From an uncultured Dehalococcoidales bacterium (GTDB lineage Bacteria > Chloroflexota > Dehalococcoidia > GIF9 > UBA5629), in the NCBI GenBank assembly GCA_964616785.1, contig CAZTRR010000003.1:1-46304 (forward strand): a DNA stretch of 46,304 bases. Reading direction: 5' to 3'. Position numbers and translations under genes: made by a program. The notes under the pieces were generated by a model. It was given only the letters and a program-made list of their open reading frames with translations. It ran no database searches and was not told where the DNA came from. This document shows, one piece after another, positions 7,783 through 17,549 of the stretch; within the stretch, counting starts at the first letter, position 1, and every line of letters begins with the position of its first letter.

Positions 7783-8724
7783 CTAGGCTGACGTCTCCAC
7801 ACGGTTCCGGCCGTTTTCCTTAGCTCTGTAGAGAGCTTCGTCAGCACGAGAAATGAGGGAGTCTTTGTCGTCACCCACTCTGTAGCCGGATAGCCCCTGG
7901 CTCACAGTTACCCTGAACACCTTCCCCTCAGAGGCTGTCATCTCGGTAGCCTCAATGATCTCCCGAATTCGCTCAGCCAGAATCACGGCCGAAGGCAAGT
8001 CGGTCTTGGGCAAAACAACGATGAATTCCTCCCCTCCATACCGTCCTACGCTGTCTGCGATTCGAACGTCCTCACGCACGAGCTTTGCAACCTTCTCCAG
8101 CACCTCGTCTCCAATCAGATGTCCGTACTGATCATTCACCTTCTTGAAATAGTCAATATCCATGAGACTGAGGCTGAATTCTTCCTTGTAGCGCCTGGCA
8201 TGGTTAATCTGCTCCTCCAACTTACGCACAATTGCTCCCCTGTTATACACTCCCGTCAGAGAATCATAATTAGCTAGCCTTTCCAGTTCTTCCAGGTTGG
8301 CCTTGGACTGCTGCCTCCGCCTCCACCTCTCCAGTGCACCATCGATTGTCTCCACTACCTTGTCTTCGGGGTCTTTCCATAGCCTCGCCTTCGGTAGGTA
8401 GCCAGCCGCCCCTCCTTGAAGCGCCTCCACAGCCACCTCTTCACTCCCGGACCCCGTCATAATGACCACGGGAGCTAGTTCCTTTTCCACGATTTCTTCC
8501 AGCCACTCCATACCCGACTTCTCCGGCATTTGAACATCCATCAACACCAGGTCAATTCTCCCCCTCCCCAGAGCCTCTCGGATTTCCTCTCTCTCCCCCG
8601 CCTCCAACAACACGACTTCCCTATCAGTTATCCGGCGCAGATAGGTTCGCACCAGCTTGCGGTCTGCCGGGTCATCGTCGCAGACAAGGATTTTGAGCAG
8701 CGCTTGCTCAGGTTTCAATGCCAT
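7783..8724 (-). CDS. Response regulator with receiver and GGDEF (diguanylate cyclase) domains
   Basis: REC motifs (KILVCDDDPAD, DLVLMDVQMP). The GGDEF domain has an intact GGEEF and an RIAD I-site five residues upstream. I set the start at ATG 8722-8724, which overlaps the TGA of the upstream gene (TGATG) and follows SD AAGGAGAG. The ORF-track start at 8751 is less likely. Confidence 0.9.
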   Translation of the reverse strand: MALKPEQALLKILVCDDDPADRKLVRTYLRRITDREVVLLEAGEREEIREALGRGRIDLVLMDVQMPEKSGMEWLEEIVEKELAPVVIMTGSGSEEVAVEALQGGAAGYLPKARLWKDPEDKVVETIDGALERWRRRQQSKANLEELERLANYDSLTGVYNRGAIVRKLEEQINHARRYKEEFSLSLMDIDYFKKVNDQYGHLIGDEVLEKVAKLVREDVRIADSVGRYGGEEFIVVLPKTDLPSAVILAERIREIIEATEMTASEGKVFRVTVSQGLSGYRVGDDKDSLISRADEALYRAKENGRNRVETSA

Positions 8725-9170
8725 CAGCTCTCCTTGGGTGGTCGCTTGCACAACACAAACCAGTATTCGCCGATCTTTGCCATGACATCTCTGAACTCAA
8801 CCAGAGTTACCGGTTTGCGCACATACCCGCTAGCCTGTAGCTTGTAGCTATCTATGATGTCCCTCTCCGAATCCGAAGTCGTCAGGATAACCACGGGGAT
8901 TTCCTTCAGCTGTTCATCAGCCTTGACGCGTCTCAGGAATTCCTTCCCTCCCATCCCCGGCATGTTCAAGTCCAGCAAGATCAGGTCGGGGCGAGGGGTT
9001 CCACCGCTATAACTCCCACGACGGTGCAAGAAATCCATCCCTTCCTCGCCATCATTCACAATGCTGAGATCGTTGGCAACCTTCTGATTCCTCAGCGAGG
9101 TCCTGATCAGTTTTTGGTCTGCCGGGTCATCTTCCACCAGCAATATGACAAGCGGCTGTAGGTTAATCAT
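8724..9170 (-). CDS. Stand-alone CheY-like receiver-domain response regulator
   Basis: 148 aa with ILLVEDDPADQKL, DLILLDLNMPGMGG, ILTTSD and YVRKP. Confidence 0.9.
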   Translation of the reverse strand: MINLQPLVILLVEDDPADQKLIRTSLRNQKVANDLSIVNDGEEGMDFLHRRGSYSGGTPRPDLILLDLNMPGMGGKEFLRRVKADEQLKEIPVVILTTSDSERDIIDSYKLQASGYVRKPVTLVEFRDVMAKIGEYWFVLCKRPPKES

Positions 9171-9190
9171 GGCTCACCTCACTCCTTTCA

Positions 9191-12160
9191 TTAGTTGTCT
9201 CCTGAGTAGCTTCCTCTCGGGACCGTAAACCAGAATGTCGACCCTTCGCCGGGAGCCGATTCGACACCAATCTCACCCCCGTGACGGTCAACGACTTTCT
9301 GGCACACCGCCAGGCCAATTCCAGTCCCTTCGTAGCGCTGTCGGGAATGAAGACGCTTGAACATGGCAAAAACCTGATCACGGTACTCTTCATCGATCCC
9401 TATTCCATTGTCCTGTACCTCCACCCGAACCATATCGCCATCCATCTGGTGCGCCCGAATAGTAATCTCCGGGGGGATTGCCTCTCTCCGGTATTTCAGC
9501 CCGTTACCGGTCAGGTTCTGTAGCAGCTGATGCATCTGGGATGGGTCGCCTCTCACAGGCGGCAGTAGTTCTGGGACGTGGATGGTCCCGTTGGTCTCAT
9601 CAAGTAGGGCCGCCAGTTCCACCTTCTTCAGGTCCTCTATTACCTTATTCAAATCCACTTGTTCGAACGGTTTGGCCTGGGTAGTAACCCGAGAATAGGT
9701 GAGCAGGGCATCAATCATCGCCTGCATTCGGTCGGCGCCGTCTACCATGAACTCAAAGTTCTCCTCCTGGTCCTCATCCAGCTTCCCTCCCAGTGACTCC
9801 TGTAGAAGTGTGCCGAAGGAGGTTATCTTTCGCAGCGGTTCCCTGAGATCATGCGAGGCGACATATACGAAATCCTGCAGTTCCCTGTTGGACTGCTCCA
9901 GCCTACGATTGACTTTCTTTAGGTCTTTGAGCAGGGCTTCTCGCTCCGCCTCCGCCTGCTTGCGTTCTGTAATATCACGATGGATTCCCCGAAACCCAGT
10001 GATGTTTCCCGCCGGGTCTCGCAGAGGCGAAACCGAGACCTCACCGAACCTTCTGCTTCCATCCTTTCGCAGCACTTCCCACGAGAAACCTTCAATCGGT
10101 TTGCCTGTCCGGTACACTCCATTGAAGGCCTTAAACACCGCCTGAGCGCCCTTCTTAGGTGTGTACGTACCATAGTTCATGCCCATCATTTCATCCCTGG
10201 AATATCCCAACATACGACAGAGGGAGTCATTGAAGAACGTGTAGTTACCGCGAAGGTCTACCTCAAAGTAGCCATCTTCGATGTTCTCCAGGATGGTGCG
10301 GTACCTCTCCTCCGACTGCCTCAAAGCATCCTCTGTCTGCTCGCGCTCGGTGACATCGCGGCCAACACACCGAAATCCCACCACCTGTCCTTCATCGTTT
10401 CTCAGAGGAGAAACCGAGGCCTCGGCAAACCCCCTGGTCCCATCCTTTCGTGTAGCTCTCCAAGAAAACCCTTCGACTGGGTCGCTTGTCCGGTACACCT
10501 GATTGAACACCTTAAACACAGACTCAACATCCTCTTTGACCGTATAAACACGATAGTTCATCCCCATCATTTCATCTCTCGAATATCCCAAGTAGCGGCA
10601 CGCTGAATCATTAACGAAGGTGAAATTGCCGGCAAGGTCTACTTCATAGTAGCCATCTCGCATCTCCTTCAGGATGGTCCGGTACCTCTCCTCCGACTGC
10701 CTTAGAGCCTCCTCGGCGTGCTTGCGCTCGGTTATATCACGCATGACTCCCCGGAACCCGACAGTCTCTCCTTCCCCACTTCTCAAAGGAGAAACCGAAA
10801 CCTCGATAAATCGTGCGCTTCCATCCTTTCGAATAATTTGGTAGGAAAAGCCTTTGTTTGGCTCCCCTGTGCGGTACACCTTGTTGAATGACCTGTATAC
10901 CGATTTCGCATTCTCTTCATCCATATAGGCGCGGTTGTTCACCCCTATCAGGTCTTCCTTGCAATATCCCAGGATACGGGCCAACGAATCATTTGCGAAG
11001 GTGAAATTCCCCCCAATGTCCGTCTCAAAATACCCGTCTTGGATCTCCGTCAGGATGGTCCGGTACCTCTCCTCCGACTGCCTCAAAGCCTCCTCCGCCT
11101 CCTTACGCTCGCTTATGTCACGCGCGTTGCCCAGCACCAGGGCTTGCCCATCTATCACCACCGGGAATGTCCTTATTTCCACGGCCACCTGACCGCCCCC
11201 TCTCCGGTTCAGAATAAGCTCACTCGCCCCCGTGGCCTTACCCCCGGCGTTCCTTGCAAAAAGCTCTGCTGCCTTCTCAATCTGGTCCTGTGATAGCAGG
11301 TTCCCTTCGATGAAGTTCTTCCCGATCAATTCTTCCTTCTTATAACCAATCATTTCTTCAGCGGCCCTATTCCCGTCGACGAAATTGCCTTCCATATCAG
11401 TCAGAAAACAGGCGTCGGGGGAAGATTCAAATAGTATCCTCAGTCGTTCCTCCGACCGCCTCAAAGCTTCCTCCATCTCCTTGCGCTTGGCAATGTCCAT
11501 AACACTGCCTACCGTGGCCCGCTTTCCTCCATAGTCGATAGAGGTAACTCTTTCCAAAACCCAAACTACGTCACCATTCTTCTTTATGACCCTGTACTCG
11601 TAGGGAAGAGGACCCTGCTGCCCCTTTAGGCTGTCTACTGCCTTCTGCCTGACTATTCCTGCGTCCTCAGGGTGGACAAAATCAAGGCAGTACCTTCCCA
11701 TCAATTCTTCCTCAGTATAACCTGTCAGGTACTGAAACAGGCGGTTGGCATATTGAAACCTCCCACCCTGGACGATGTATATGCCTGACCCTGCATCGGC
11801 CATCAGGGCTTGAGCCAGTTCCGTTGACTCGCGTAGTGCTTCGCTAGTCCGCTTGTGCTCCATGATAATCGACCGCGCATAGACACCAAATATAATGAGA
11901 GTGCAGATGACCAGTGTGCGCATCCAGACAGCCTGTAGCCCTGGTGTCAGCAGTTGCTCGACAAGACTCCCCTCGTGGAATAAGACCACATCCACGATGG
12001 ATTGAAAGACCCAGAAGACTGCCGCAAACCCCAGCCCGACGAGTGCAACTCTCTCGGCCGTTCTTGTATTGCTCGCGCGCTTACCCCTTCCCTGCAGTGC
12101 TTCCAGCTTAGCTTGACTTCGCCGGCGCGACTTGTTCATTGAAGCTGATTTCGTCACCAT
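9191..12160 (-). CDS. Membrane-bound multi-PAS sensor histidine kinase
   Basis: 989 aa. Two N-terminal TM helices and five PAS/PAC modules. HisKA H-box VASHDLREPL. HATPase_c boxes (GNGLKY, DNGIGI, GTGIGLAVC). Confidence 0.9.
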   Translation of the reverse strand: MVTKSASMNKSRRRSQAKLEALQGRGKRASNTRTAERVALVGLGFAAVFWVFQSIVDVVLFHEGSLVEQLLTPGLQAVWMRTLVICTLIIFGVYARSIIMEHKRTSEALRESTELAQALMADAGSGIYIVQGGRFQYANRLFQYLTGYTEEELMGRYCLDFVHPEDAGIVRQKAVDSLKGQQGPLPYEYRVIKKNGDVVWVLERVTSIDYGGKRATVGSVMDIAKRKEMEEALRRSEERLRILFESSPDACFLTDMEGNFVDGNRAAEEMIGYKKEELIGKNFIEGNLLSQDQIEKAAELFARNAGGKATGASELILNRRGGGQVAVEIRTFPVVIDGQALVLGNARDISERKEAEEALRQSEERYRTILTEIQDGYFETDIGGNFTFANDSLARILGYCKEDLIGVNNRAYMDEENAKSVYRSFNKVYRTGEPNKGFSYQIIRKDGSARFIEVSVSPLRSGEGETVGFRGVMRDITERKHAEEALRQSEERYRTILKEMRDGYYEVDLAGNFTFVNDSACRYLGYSRDEMMGMNYRVYTVKEDVESVFKVFNQVYRTSDPVEGFSWRATRKDGTRGFAEASVSPLRNDEGQVVGFRCVGRDVTEREQTEDALRQSEERYRTILENIEDGYFEVDLRGNYTFFNDSLCRMLGYSRDEMMGMNYGTYTPKKGAQAVFKAFNGVYRTGKPIEGFSWEVLRKDGSRRFGEVSVSPLRDPAGNITGFRGIHRDITERKQAEAEREALLKDLKKVNRRLEQSNRELQDFVYVASHDLREPLRKITSFGTLLQESLGGKLDEDQEENFEFMVDGADRMQAMIDALLTYSRVTTQAKPFEQVDLNKVIEDLKKVELAALLDETNGTIHVPELLPPVRGDPSQMHQLLQNLTGNGLKYRREAIPPEITIRAHQMDGDMVRVEVQDNGIGIDEEYRDQVFAMFKRLHSRQRYEGTGIGLAVCQKVVDRHGGEIGVESAPGEGSTFWFTVPRGSYSGDN
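9953..11095 (-). repeat. Three tandem 381-nt (127-codon) PAS-PAC modules inside the kinase gene
   Basis: The anchor GATGGT(C/G)CGGTACCTCTCCTCCGACTGCCT recurs at 10292, 10673 and 11054, exactly 381 nt apart. Each unit starts E(E/D)ALRQSEERYRTIL. Confidence 0.85.
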
Positions 12161-12376
12161 AGCTGTTCCTCAACCACCCGTTCAGTTTGCTTTTACAACC
12201 CTCTGATTCAGGCAAGCTCTAGTATCCTATGTTTCATAGCTATAGTAAATGCCCCATTGGTAACTTTATGCATAGCCAAAAAGTACTACTCCATAATATG
12301 ACTAAGTTGTTGTGGTCAGAATCAGTTAGTGCAGGAGCCTAGATGGAGTCCTGGAGGCCAAAGAGGAGGGTACAAT

Positions 12377-13483
12377 TCACGGCTGGGCGGGTTGCTGAGA
12401 TTCCTCCGCTTGCATATTCCCGCGCACGTACCTGTAAATCCCCACCACGGTCGCGGCCAGGGGCACAGACAGTATCAAACCCCAGACCCCGGCAATATAA
12501 GTTCCGAGACCAAGCAGGACCAGTACCATGGCCGGATGTATGCGCATGTAGGACGCCTGAATCCTGGGACGAAGAAGAAGGTTTTCCAGCGCTTGAGCGA
12601 CTAAATAGACAAGTGCCACCCAGATAACCTTGTCCGGCGCTACTGCCAGGGCGACTATCACAGCCGCGGCACCCCCAATCCAGGGGCCTACCACCGGAAT
12701 GATATCAGCTATTGCAGCGAAGACAGCTAACCCCAACGCCACACCGAAGTCTATCCCCAAGATGAGTAATCCGGCGAAACAGAGGCAGCCCACGACAAGA
12801 CTCAGCACCAGCTGGGCCCGGACGAACCGTCCAAGAACATCTGCGATGATCGAGATGATACTCCTGGCATGTCCAGCTACCCGCGGCGGCAGGCCTGAAT
12901 AGAACCCGGTGCTCAGCTTCTCCCAGTCCTTCAGCAGGTAGAAGAGAAATAAGGGTAAGCAGGCAAAACCGAATATCAAGGCACCACTGGCTGGTGTAAA
13001 GGCAACGCCTCTTACCAAGGCATCTCGCATGAGTTTGCTTAGCGCTCCCCCTACATCCTGAAGAAGACTATCCACTTGCTCCTTCAATTGCAGAGGCAGC
13101 CATTGTCGGAGACCTTCGCCCCACTGCTCCAACGTAGTTAGAGCACTGGAGATGTACTCCGGGGCATTCTTGACAAGAGTTGAAACAGAATCCGCAACCG
13201 CCGCGATGGCGTAGAAGGACACTACGAAAACCAGTCCCACGATGATTATGGCGGCAACTACAATTAAGGAAACCCGTTTGCCTTCCGCCCACCTACCCCG
13301 AGCAGGCAGTTTTCTCTCAATCCAAGAAATAACCGGCAGGAAGAGATAGGCAAGCACTAGACCGCAAATAAAAGGAAACACAGCGCTTCTCAAGGCATAG
13401 AGAAGCCCAAATACCACGACTAAGCCAATTAAGAAGAATATTAGAGTCCTGTTCCTTTTGAATACATTCCCTTCTGCGGTCAA
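12377..13483 (-). CDS. AI-2E family transporter (PerM/UPF0118-type permease)
   Basis: 368 aa with about 8 TM segments. The layout and C-terminal ...IPVVGPWIGGAAAVIVAL... segment are typical of this family. Confidence 0.8.
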   Translation of the reverse strand: MTAEGNVFKRNRTLIFFLIGLVVVFGLLYALRSAVFPFICGLVLAYLFLPVISWIERKLPARGRWAEGKRVSLIVVAAIIIVGLVFVVSFYAIAAVADSVSTLVKNAPEYISSALTTLEQWGEGLRQWLPLQLKEQVDSLLQDVGGALSKLMRDALVRGVAFTPASGALIFGFACLPLFLFYLLKDWEKLSTGFYSGLPPRVAGHARSIISIIADVLGRFVRAQLVLSLVVGCLCFAGLLILGIDFGVALGLAVFAAIADIIPVVGPWIGGAAAVIVALAVAPDKVIWVALVYLVAQALENLLLRPRIQASYMRIHPAMVLVLLGLGTYIAGVWGLILSVPLAATVVGIYRYVRGNMQAEESQQPAQP

Positions 13484-13731
13484 AGGTGCTCTCCTTTGCC
13501 CTTAACGGTTCGTGGGGAACAGTAACTGTGCCCTGCGGAGACTGCAAATCGCCATGGCCTGCCCGTTCACTGTCCGGTCAACAGGAAACACCAGCATAAA
13601 CCCTCCCGAGCCAAACCCTGCTACGTGACCAGCCTTTCCATCTCGACACTACCAACTCAAGCCATATAAGCAGCCGTCTTGCAGCTACTCAGGTGAGTCG
13701 AGTCGCCGGGCTCGCTACCTGCCGCCAAGGG

Positions 13732-13977
13732 CTATTTCGTTTGCTCTGTTGCTTCTTCCAGTTTCGTTTGCGCCTTCTTCACTGCCTCGGCGGCGGTTGC
13801 CCGCACCGTTCCAGCCACCTCGGTTGCCTTTTCCCTCGCTCTGTCTACCTTCTCCTTCAGCAGTTCCCTTGTTTCTTCACCCGGACGCGGTGCGTAGAGA
13901 AATCCGATAGCCAGACCGATAACTGCACCCACAACAAGTCCGATAGCAAACCCAGTCCCTCCATCTCTATCAGCCAT
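13732..13977 (-). CDS. YtxH-like membrane-associated protein
   Basis: I set the start at ATG 13975-13977, preceded by GGAGG. Sequence is MADRDGGTGFAIGLVVGAVIGLAIGFLYAPRPGEETRELLKEKV..., followed by an Ala/Lys/Glu helix. The longer ORF-track N-terminus overlaps the upstream gene. Confidence 0.75.
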   Translation of the reverse strand: MADRDGGTGFAIGLVVGAVIGLAIGFLYAPRPGEETRELLKEKVDRAREKATEVAGTVRATAAEAVKKAQTKLEEATEQTK

Positions 13978-14299
13978 CTGTGCCTCCTTCCTGTTTCTTG
14001 AAGAATTTGCTGACCATATCAACCCCCTGGCGTATGCCTTGAACCAGAGACACCACTTGAACCACAGGCTTGACCACCTCCTCTGCCACATATGAGGACA
14101 TCTCCCTTATCGTGGCTGTAGTACGTTCTATGGAGTCCAGTATGGACCCTGCCTTGTCCGAGGCGGCTTCTATTGAATCCAGTACAGGCCTTAGCCTGCG
14201 ATACAACAAGCATAATAGCACAGCGACACATATCACCACCCCCGTTGCCACCAACCCCCAAATACAGATAACCAGATCCCGTAACCATGCGATGTCCAT
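13970..14299 (-). CDS. DUF948-like single-TM protein (a common partner of YtxH)
   Basis: I set the start at ATG 14297-14299, with GGAGG 8 nt upstream. It has an N-terminal TM helix and then a helical region. It overlaps the YtxH start by 8 nt. Confidence 0.6.
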   Translation of the reverse strand: MDIAWLRDLVICIWGLVATGVVICVAVLLCLLYRRLRPVLDSIEAASDKAGSILDSIERTTATIREMSSYVAEEVVKPVVQVVSLVQGIRQGVDMVSKFFKKQEGGTDG

Positions 14300-14579
14300 C
14301 GGCAACACCTCCATCTTAATATACTCTACCCTATTGTATCACCTATCACTACCGTGTAAACAGTACTCCACGTCGAACGATAAGCCAGTTCTTCACCAAA
14401 ATACTGTTCAACTACGTACTAACAGCGGCCCCTCCCCGTCTGACCGTCGCCGGGAGTGTGACCTCTTCGTCTTGTAGCAAGGCGAGAGCCACACAAGACC
14501 GCACGCTTCACATAGAACGCAACGGCAGCCTGTGCTACAATGGGCAACAGAGGAGACGCACAGTCTGGAGGTGCATATT

Positions 14580-14882
14580 ATGTCAAGCACGATGTCTGAA
14601 GAGGAACTGTATCGCCTGGCAAGGAAGAGAGTCGAGGAAAAGAAAGGCTTCTATATCCATTTCGCTGTCTACTGCGCAGTGAACGCACTATTGGTGCTAA
14701 TATGGTGGTTCACAGGAAGTCCAGGCAATAGGTTCCCATGGTTCGTCTTCCCCCTGGGCGGCTGGGGAATTGGCGTCTTGTTTCACTTTCTGGGAGTCTT
14801 CGTTTTCTCGCGCGGAACGGGTACCTGGGAGAGAAAAGCGATAGAAAAGGAAGTACAGAGACTGAAAAGAGACAGGGGCTGA
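14580..14882 (+). CDS. 2TM-domain membrane protein
   Basis: SD GGAGG lies 8 nt before ATG 14580. Sequence is EEELYRLARKRVEEKKGFYIHFAVYCAVNALLVLIWW....WFVFPLGGWGIGVLFHF. Confidence 0.7.
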   Translation: MSSTMSEEELYRLARKRVEEKKGFYIHFAVYCAVNALLVLIWWFTGSPGNRFPWFVFPLGGWGIGVLFHFLGVFVFSRGTGTWERKAIEKEVQRLKRDRG

Positions 14883-15195
14883 TAGGTCCTCTTGCCACCG
14901 GGGCAGCAGCACCCCCAAAGCTGCAGTTAATGCACGGGGCAGCTATTCCATCTCGTATAGAGCTCACCCCAACAGATGTTTGTTTCATCGAGAGGGTCTT
15001 GCTCCAGCCAGCAGCCACCACTTTGCTCAGGATATTACTGGCGTCGGGGAGGGGCCACCAATCCTACCACGAACCACCACACACCGTATCCTCTCACGAT
15101 TCTCGGTTGCGCCAGCAGCCAAGTATAGCACTTCCCAAGCCCATGTGGTGTAACCGTGGCTGCACGCAGACTACACGAATGAGCTGCCACCCGAC

Positions 15196-15969
15196 CTATG
15201 TCCCAGCCACAGATGCCGGCTTCCGTTCGCGAAGCCACAGAGTCATCCCCATTAGCAGGAATGCCCACGCACCAACCATCATCCACGCCTGGAAGTCCGA
15301 AACAAAGTTCCAGTACTGCAGAAGATAGATGTAGTTCAGTACGGCATGCGCAAAAGAGGCCAGGAGGTAGCACTGCCATCCCCAACCTCGGGCCAGGCCA
15401 TATCCGGCCAGGGCACAAGAAGCAGTATGAAAGGCTACGACAAAGAACCCTTCCGAGATTGGAGCCAGCATCATGAGTCCACCCGTTTGTACAGATTCCC
15501 ACGTCCAGCCCGAAGCGAGGATTGAGTTATTCAGCCACTGCGCCCAAAGAACACCAAAGGCCACCCCAGCTACCGCACCGATAGCCAACCCAAACTCCGG
15601 AGTTATTCTCCTGCCCCCACGCCACCAGTAGACAGCCACCGGCACAAGCTTCGCCCCCTCCTTAACCAGACCATTCACGAGCAAGGTGGGCACAGTGATA
15701 AGCAGGTACCAGTATGAGAGAACCTCCTGGCTCCAGAAGTGAGTGTACGCTTGCCAGAACCAGATCTTGAGTGGAAATTCGGCAAAGGCCACAGCAATTG
15801 GCATAAGTACAGCGCTGCCAGCAAGAACAGCCCAGAGCCAAGGTGTCCTGAACATCGGTGCCCTGTACAAAGCGAGACAAATTGCGCCAGAGATCACTGC
15901 CAGGCTGATGCCCACGATACTGGGATTGGCAAAAACAGAACCAATGAAATCAATCATCTGCTGTATCAT
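15196..15969 (-). CDS. Polytopic membrane protein, possibly a divergent YhfC/PrsW-type intramembrane protease
   Basis: 257 aa with about 7 TM segments. VKEGAKL and ISEGFFVVAFHTASCAL resemble the EExxR/K and ER....H motifs but have Gly in place of the second residue. Confidence refers to it being a coding gene; the family call is about 0.3. Confidence 0.7.
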   Translation of the reverse strand: MIQQMIDFIGSVFANPSIVGISLAVISGAICLALYRAPMFRTPWLWAVLAGSAVLMPIAVAFAEFPLKIWFWQAYTHFWSQEVLSYWYLLITVPTLLVNGLVKEGAKLVPVAVYWWRGGRRITPEFGLAIGAVAGVAFGVLWAQWLNNSILASGWTWESVQTGGLMMLAPISEGFFVVAFHTASCALAGYGLARGWGWQCYLLASFAHAVLNYIYLLQYWNFVSDFQAWMMVGAWAFLLMGMTLWLRERKPASVAGT

Positions 15970-16145
15970 AGGATTCTCCTATAGATGCCCGAGATATTAA
16001 TAGGGCAAGATTATAATCGCCCGGCTTGCAGTGTTTCATCGCCACAGTCAAAAGGCGACCCACATGTATGCACATTATCCAAAACCTCCGCCAAGTCTCT
16101 CGCGGCACGATATGACAAGAAACAGGTGAATGGCAAACCCACCGT

Positions 16146-16637
16146 CTATAGCTCTGCTATCTCAACGTGCATTTCCTCTAGATCAATCAGCGCGACTGTT
16201 CGGTGCCCGCTGAGGTAACCGCAGACCTCGCCTGGATTCACCAGAAGCGTTCTTCCTTCCACAACCTCAGCCTCATGCGTATGTCCCCGGACAACTACAT
16301 CGTAGAGCCCAGACCGAACAACCGCGTCAACGATTTGCCCCTGCGTGCCATGAAGCAAGGCTATCTTCTTCCCACCGAGTTCCAGCGCGGCAAAATCCCC
16401 GAGAGGCACAACTCCAATTTCCCCGAATTTCGCCCTGGCAAACTCCCGGTCGCCTTCGTTGTTTCCCCAAACATAGTGAAGTTTCGCTTTCAGTCTGGAG
16501 AACTTCGGCACCACAAACGGTGAAACCAAGTCACCAGCATGCAAGACATCGGTAACACCGTGTTGATTGAAGAAGTCGATAGCTGTGTCAACTGCATCAA
16601 GTCTATCGTGCGTATCCGACATTGCCCCGATTCTCAT
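16146..16637 (-). CDS. YfcE/MJ0936-family metallophosphoesterase
   Basis: Motifs MSDTHD, HAGDL, GNNEGD, LLHGT and RGHTHE. Confidence 0.85.
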   Translation of the reverse strand: MRIGAMSDTHDRLDAVDTAIDFFNQHGVTDVLHAGDLVSPFVVPKFSRLKAKLHYVWGNNEGDREFARAKFGEIGVVPLGDFAALELGGKKIALLHGTQGQIVDAVVRSGLYDVVVRGHTHEAEVVEGRTLLVNPGEVCGYLSGHRTVALIDLEEMHVEIAEL

Positions 16638-16785
16638 CAGCTACCGTCACTTCTTGCAGCCTCACCTGGCTTTGATAGCCCAAGACAAAAGGGCCCGTTC
16701 CCCCTTAGTGATTGCTCAACGTAGCGCAAGTGTCTGGGCTATTGTGCCTGATACATCATGGTGATGGCTGTTTGGGAATTCCTTA

Positions 16786-17319
16786 TCATCGCACGAGGGC
16801 GACCAGTGTCCCGGCCCGAATGAGTGCTCCCACCCCCGGAACCACGGTGCCACCTGCAACTCGAAAAGATTCGAATCCCGGGGGCTGCATCGGCTCAAGT
16901 CTCGTCGTGTTATCTGTAACAGGCGGTGGTGGAAGAGCAGGAGGTGTTGCCTGAAAAAACGTATCATAAAGGAAGTATCCCCCCAGCACGACAAACGCAA
17001 TAATGACCAAGCCAAGGCAACCCGTAAGCCATGGGTCTGACTTCTTCTTTGGTTTTGCCCCCCCTTCTTCTTCAGCCTCCTCCTGTTCTTGATATCTTCC
17101 CATCTCCCTGGGGAAAGCCTTCACCTTCCGGGGTGTTGGCCAATTGAGCGCTCCACGGCAGTTCGGGCAGTTTATCAGTGTTGGGTCGACAATGAAACCA
17201 CAGTAAGGACAATTATATTGGAACTTCTGACCGCAAGTCTGGCAGGCCTGCTGACCTACGACATTCTGCGCGCCGCAGTTGGGGCAGAGGAAAACTTGTT
17301 GCGTATCGTCGCTAGCCAT
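16786..17319 (-). CDS. Zinc-ribbon membrane protein
   Basis: Four CxxC pairs at the N-terminus (CPNCG, CQTCG, CPYCG, CPNCR), an acidic/basic linker, one TM helix and a Pro-rich C-terminus. Confidence 0.7.
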   Translation of the reverse strand: MASDDTQQVFLCPNCGAQNVVGQQACQTCGQKFQYNCPYCGFIVDPTLINCPNCRGALNWPTPRKVKAFPREMGRYQEQEEAEEEGGAKPKKKSDPWLTGCLGLVIIAFVVLGGYFLYDTFFQATPPALPPPPVTDNTTRLEPMQPPGFESFRVAGGTVVPGVGALIRAGTLVALVR

Positions 17320-17472
17320 TCGCTATACCAGGCAGCTACCAAGTGAAGCTCTGCATGTCTTCGAGCCTCTACTGAAAAGGCCGCTCCATTTTAACCCGCC
17401 CGACGCTATAGTTCAAGCAATACTCAATACCGTTGACGCCCATGATCTGGTTCGGTTGGGCCAGCCTACTGC

Positions 17473-17501
17473 TTTACACAACCTAAGTCATGCAGTATAC
17501 T
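17473..17501 (+). promoter_or_regulatory. Candidate sigma70-type promoter for the DegV gene
   Basis: TTTACA (17473-17478), 17-nt spacer, TATACT (17496-17501), about 48 nt before ATG 17550. Confidence 0.4.
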
Positions 17502-17549
17502 CTAGGCCCATAGCGCATACCAGACTGAACTGCCAAATCAGGTTACTTC

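Noticed and set aside
14738-15328. 196-aa plus-strand ORF, plus overlapping minus-strand ORFs between 14697 and 15502
   Set aside because: They are Arg/Pro/Ser-rich with no SD. They overlap the 3' end of the well-formed membrane-protein gene on the other strand.
16861-16885. GATTCGAATCCCGGGGG, resembling a tRNA T-loop/acceptor
   Set aside because: It lies inside the zinc-ribbon protein CDS, and no cloverleaf can be built around it.
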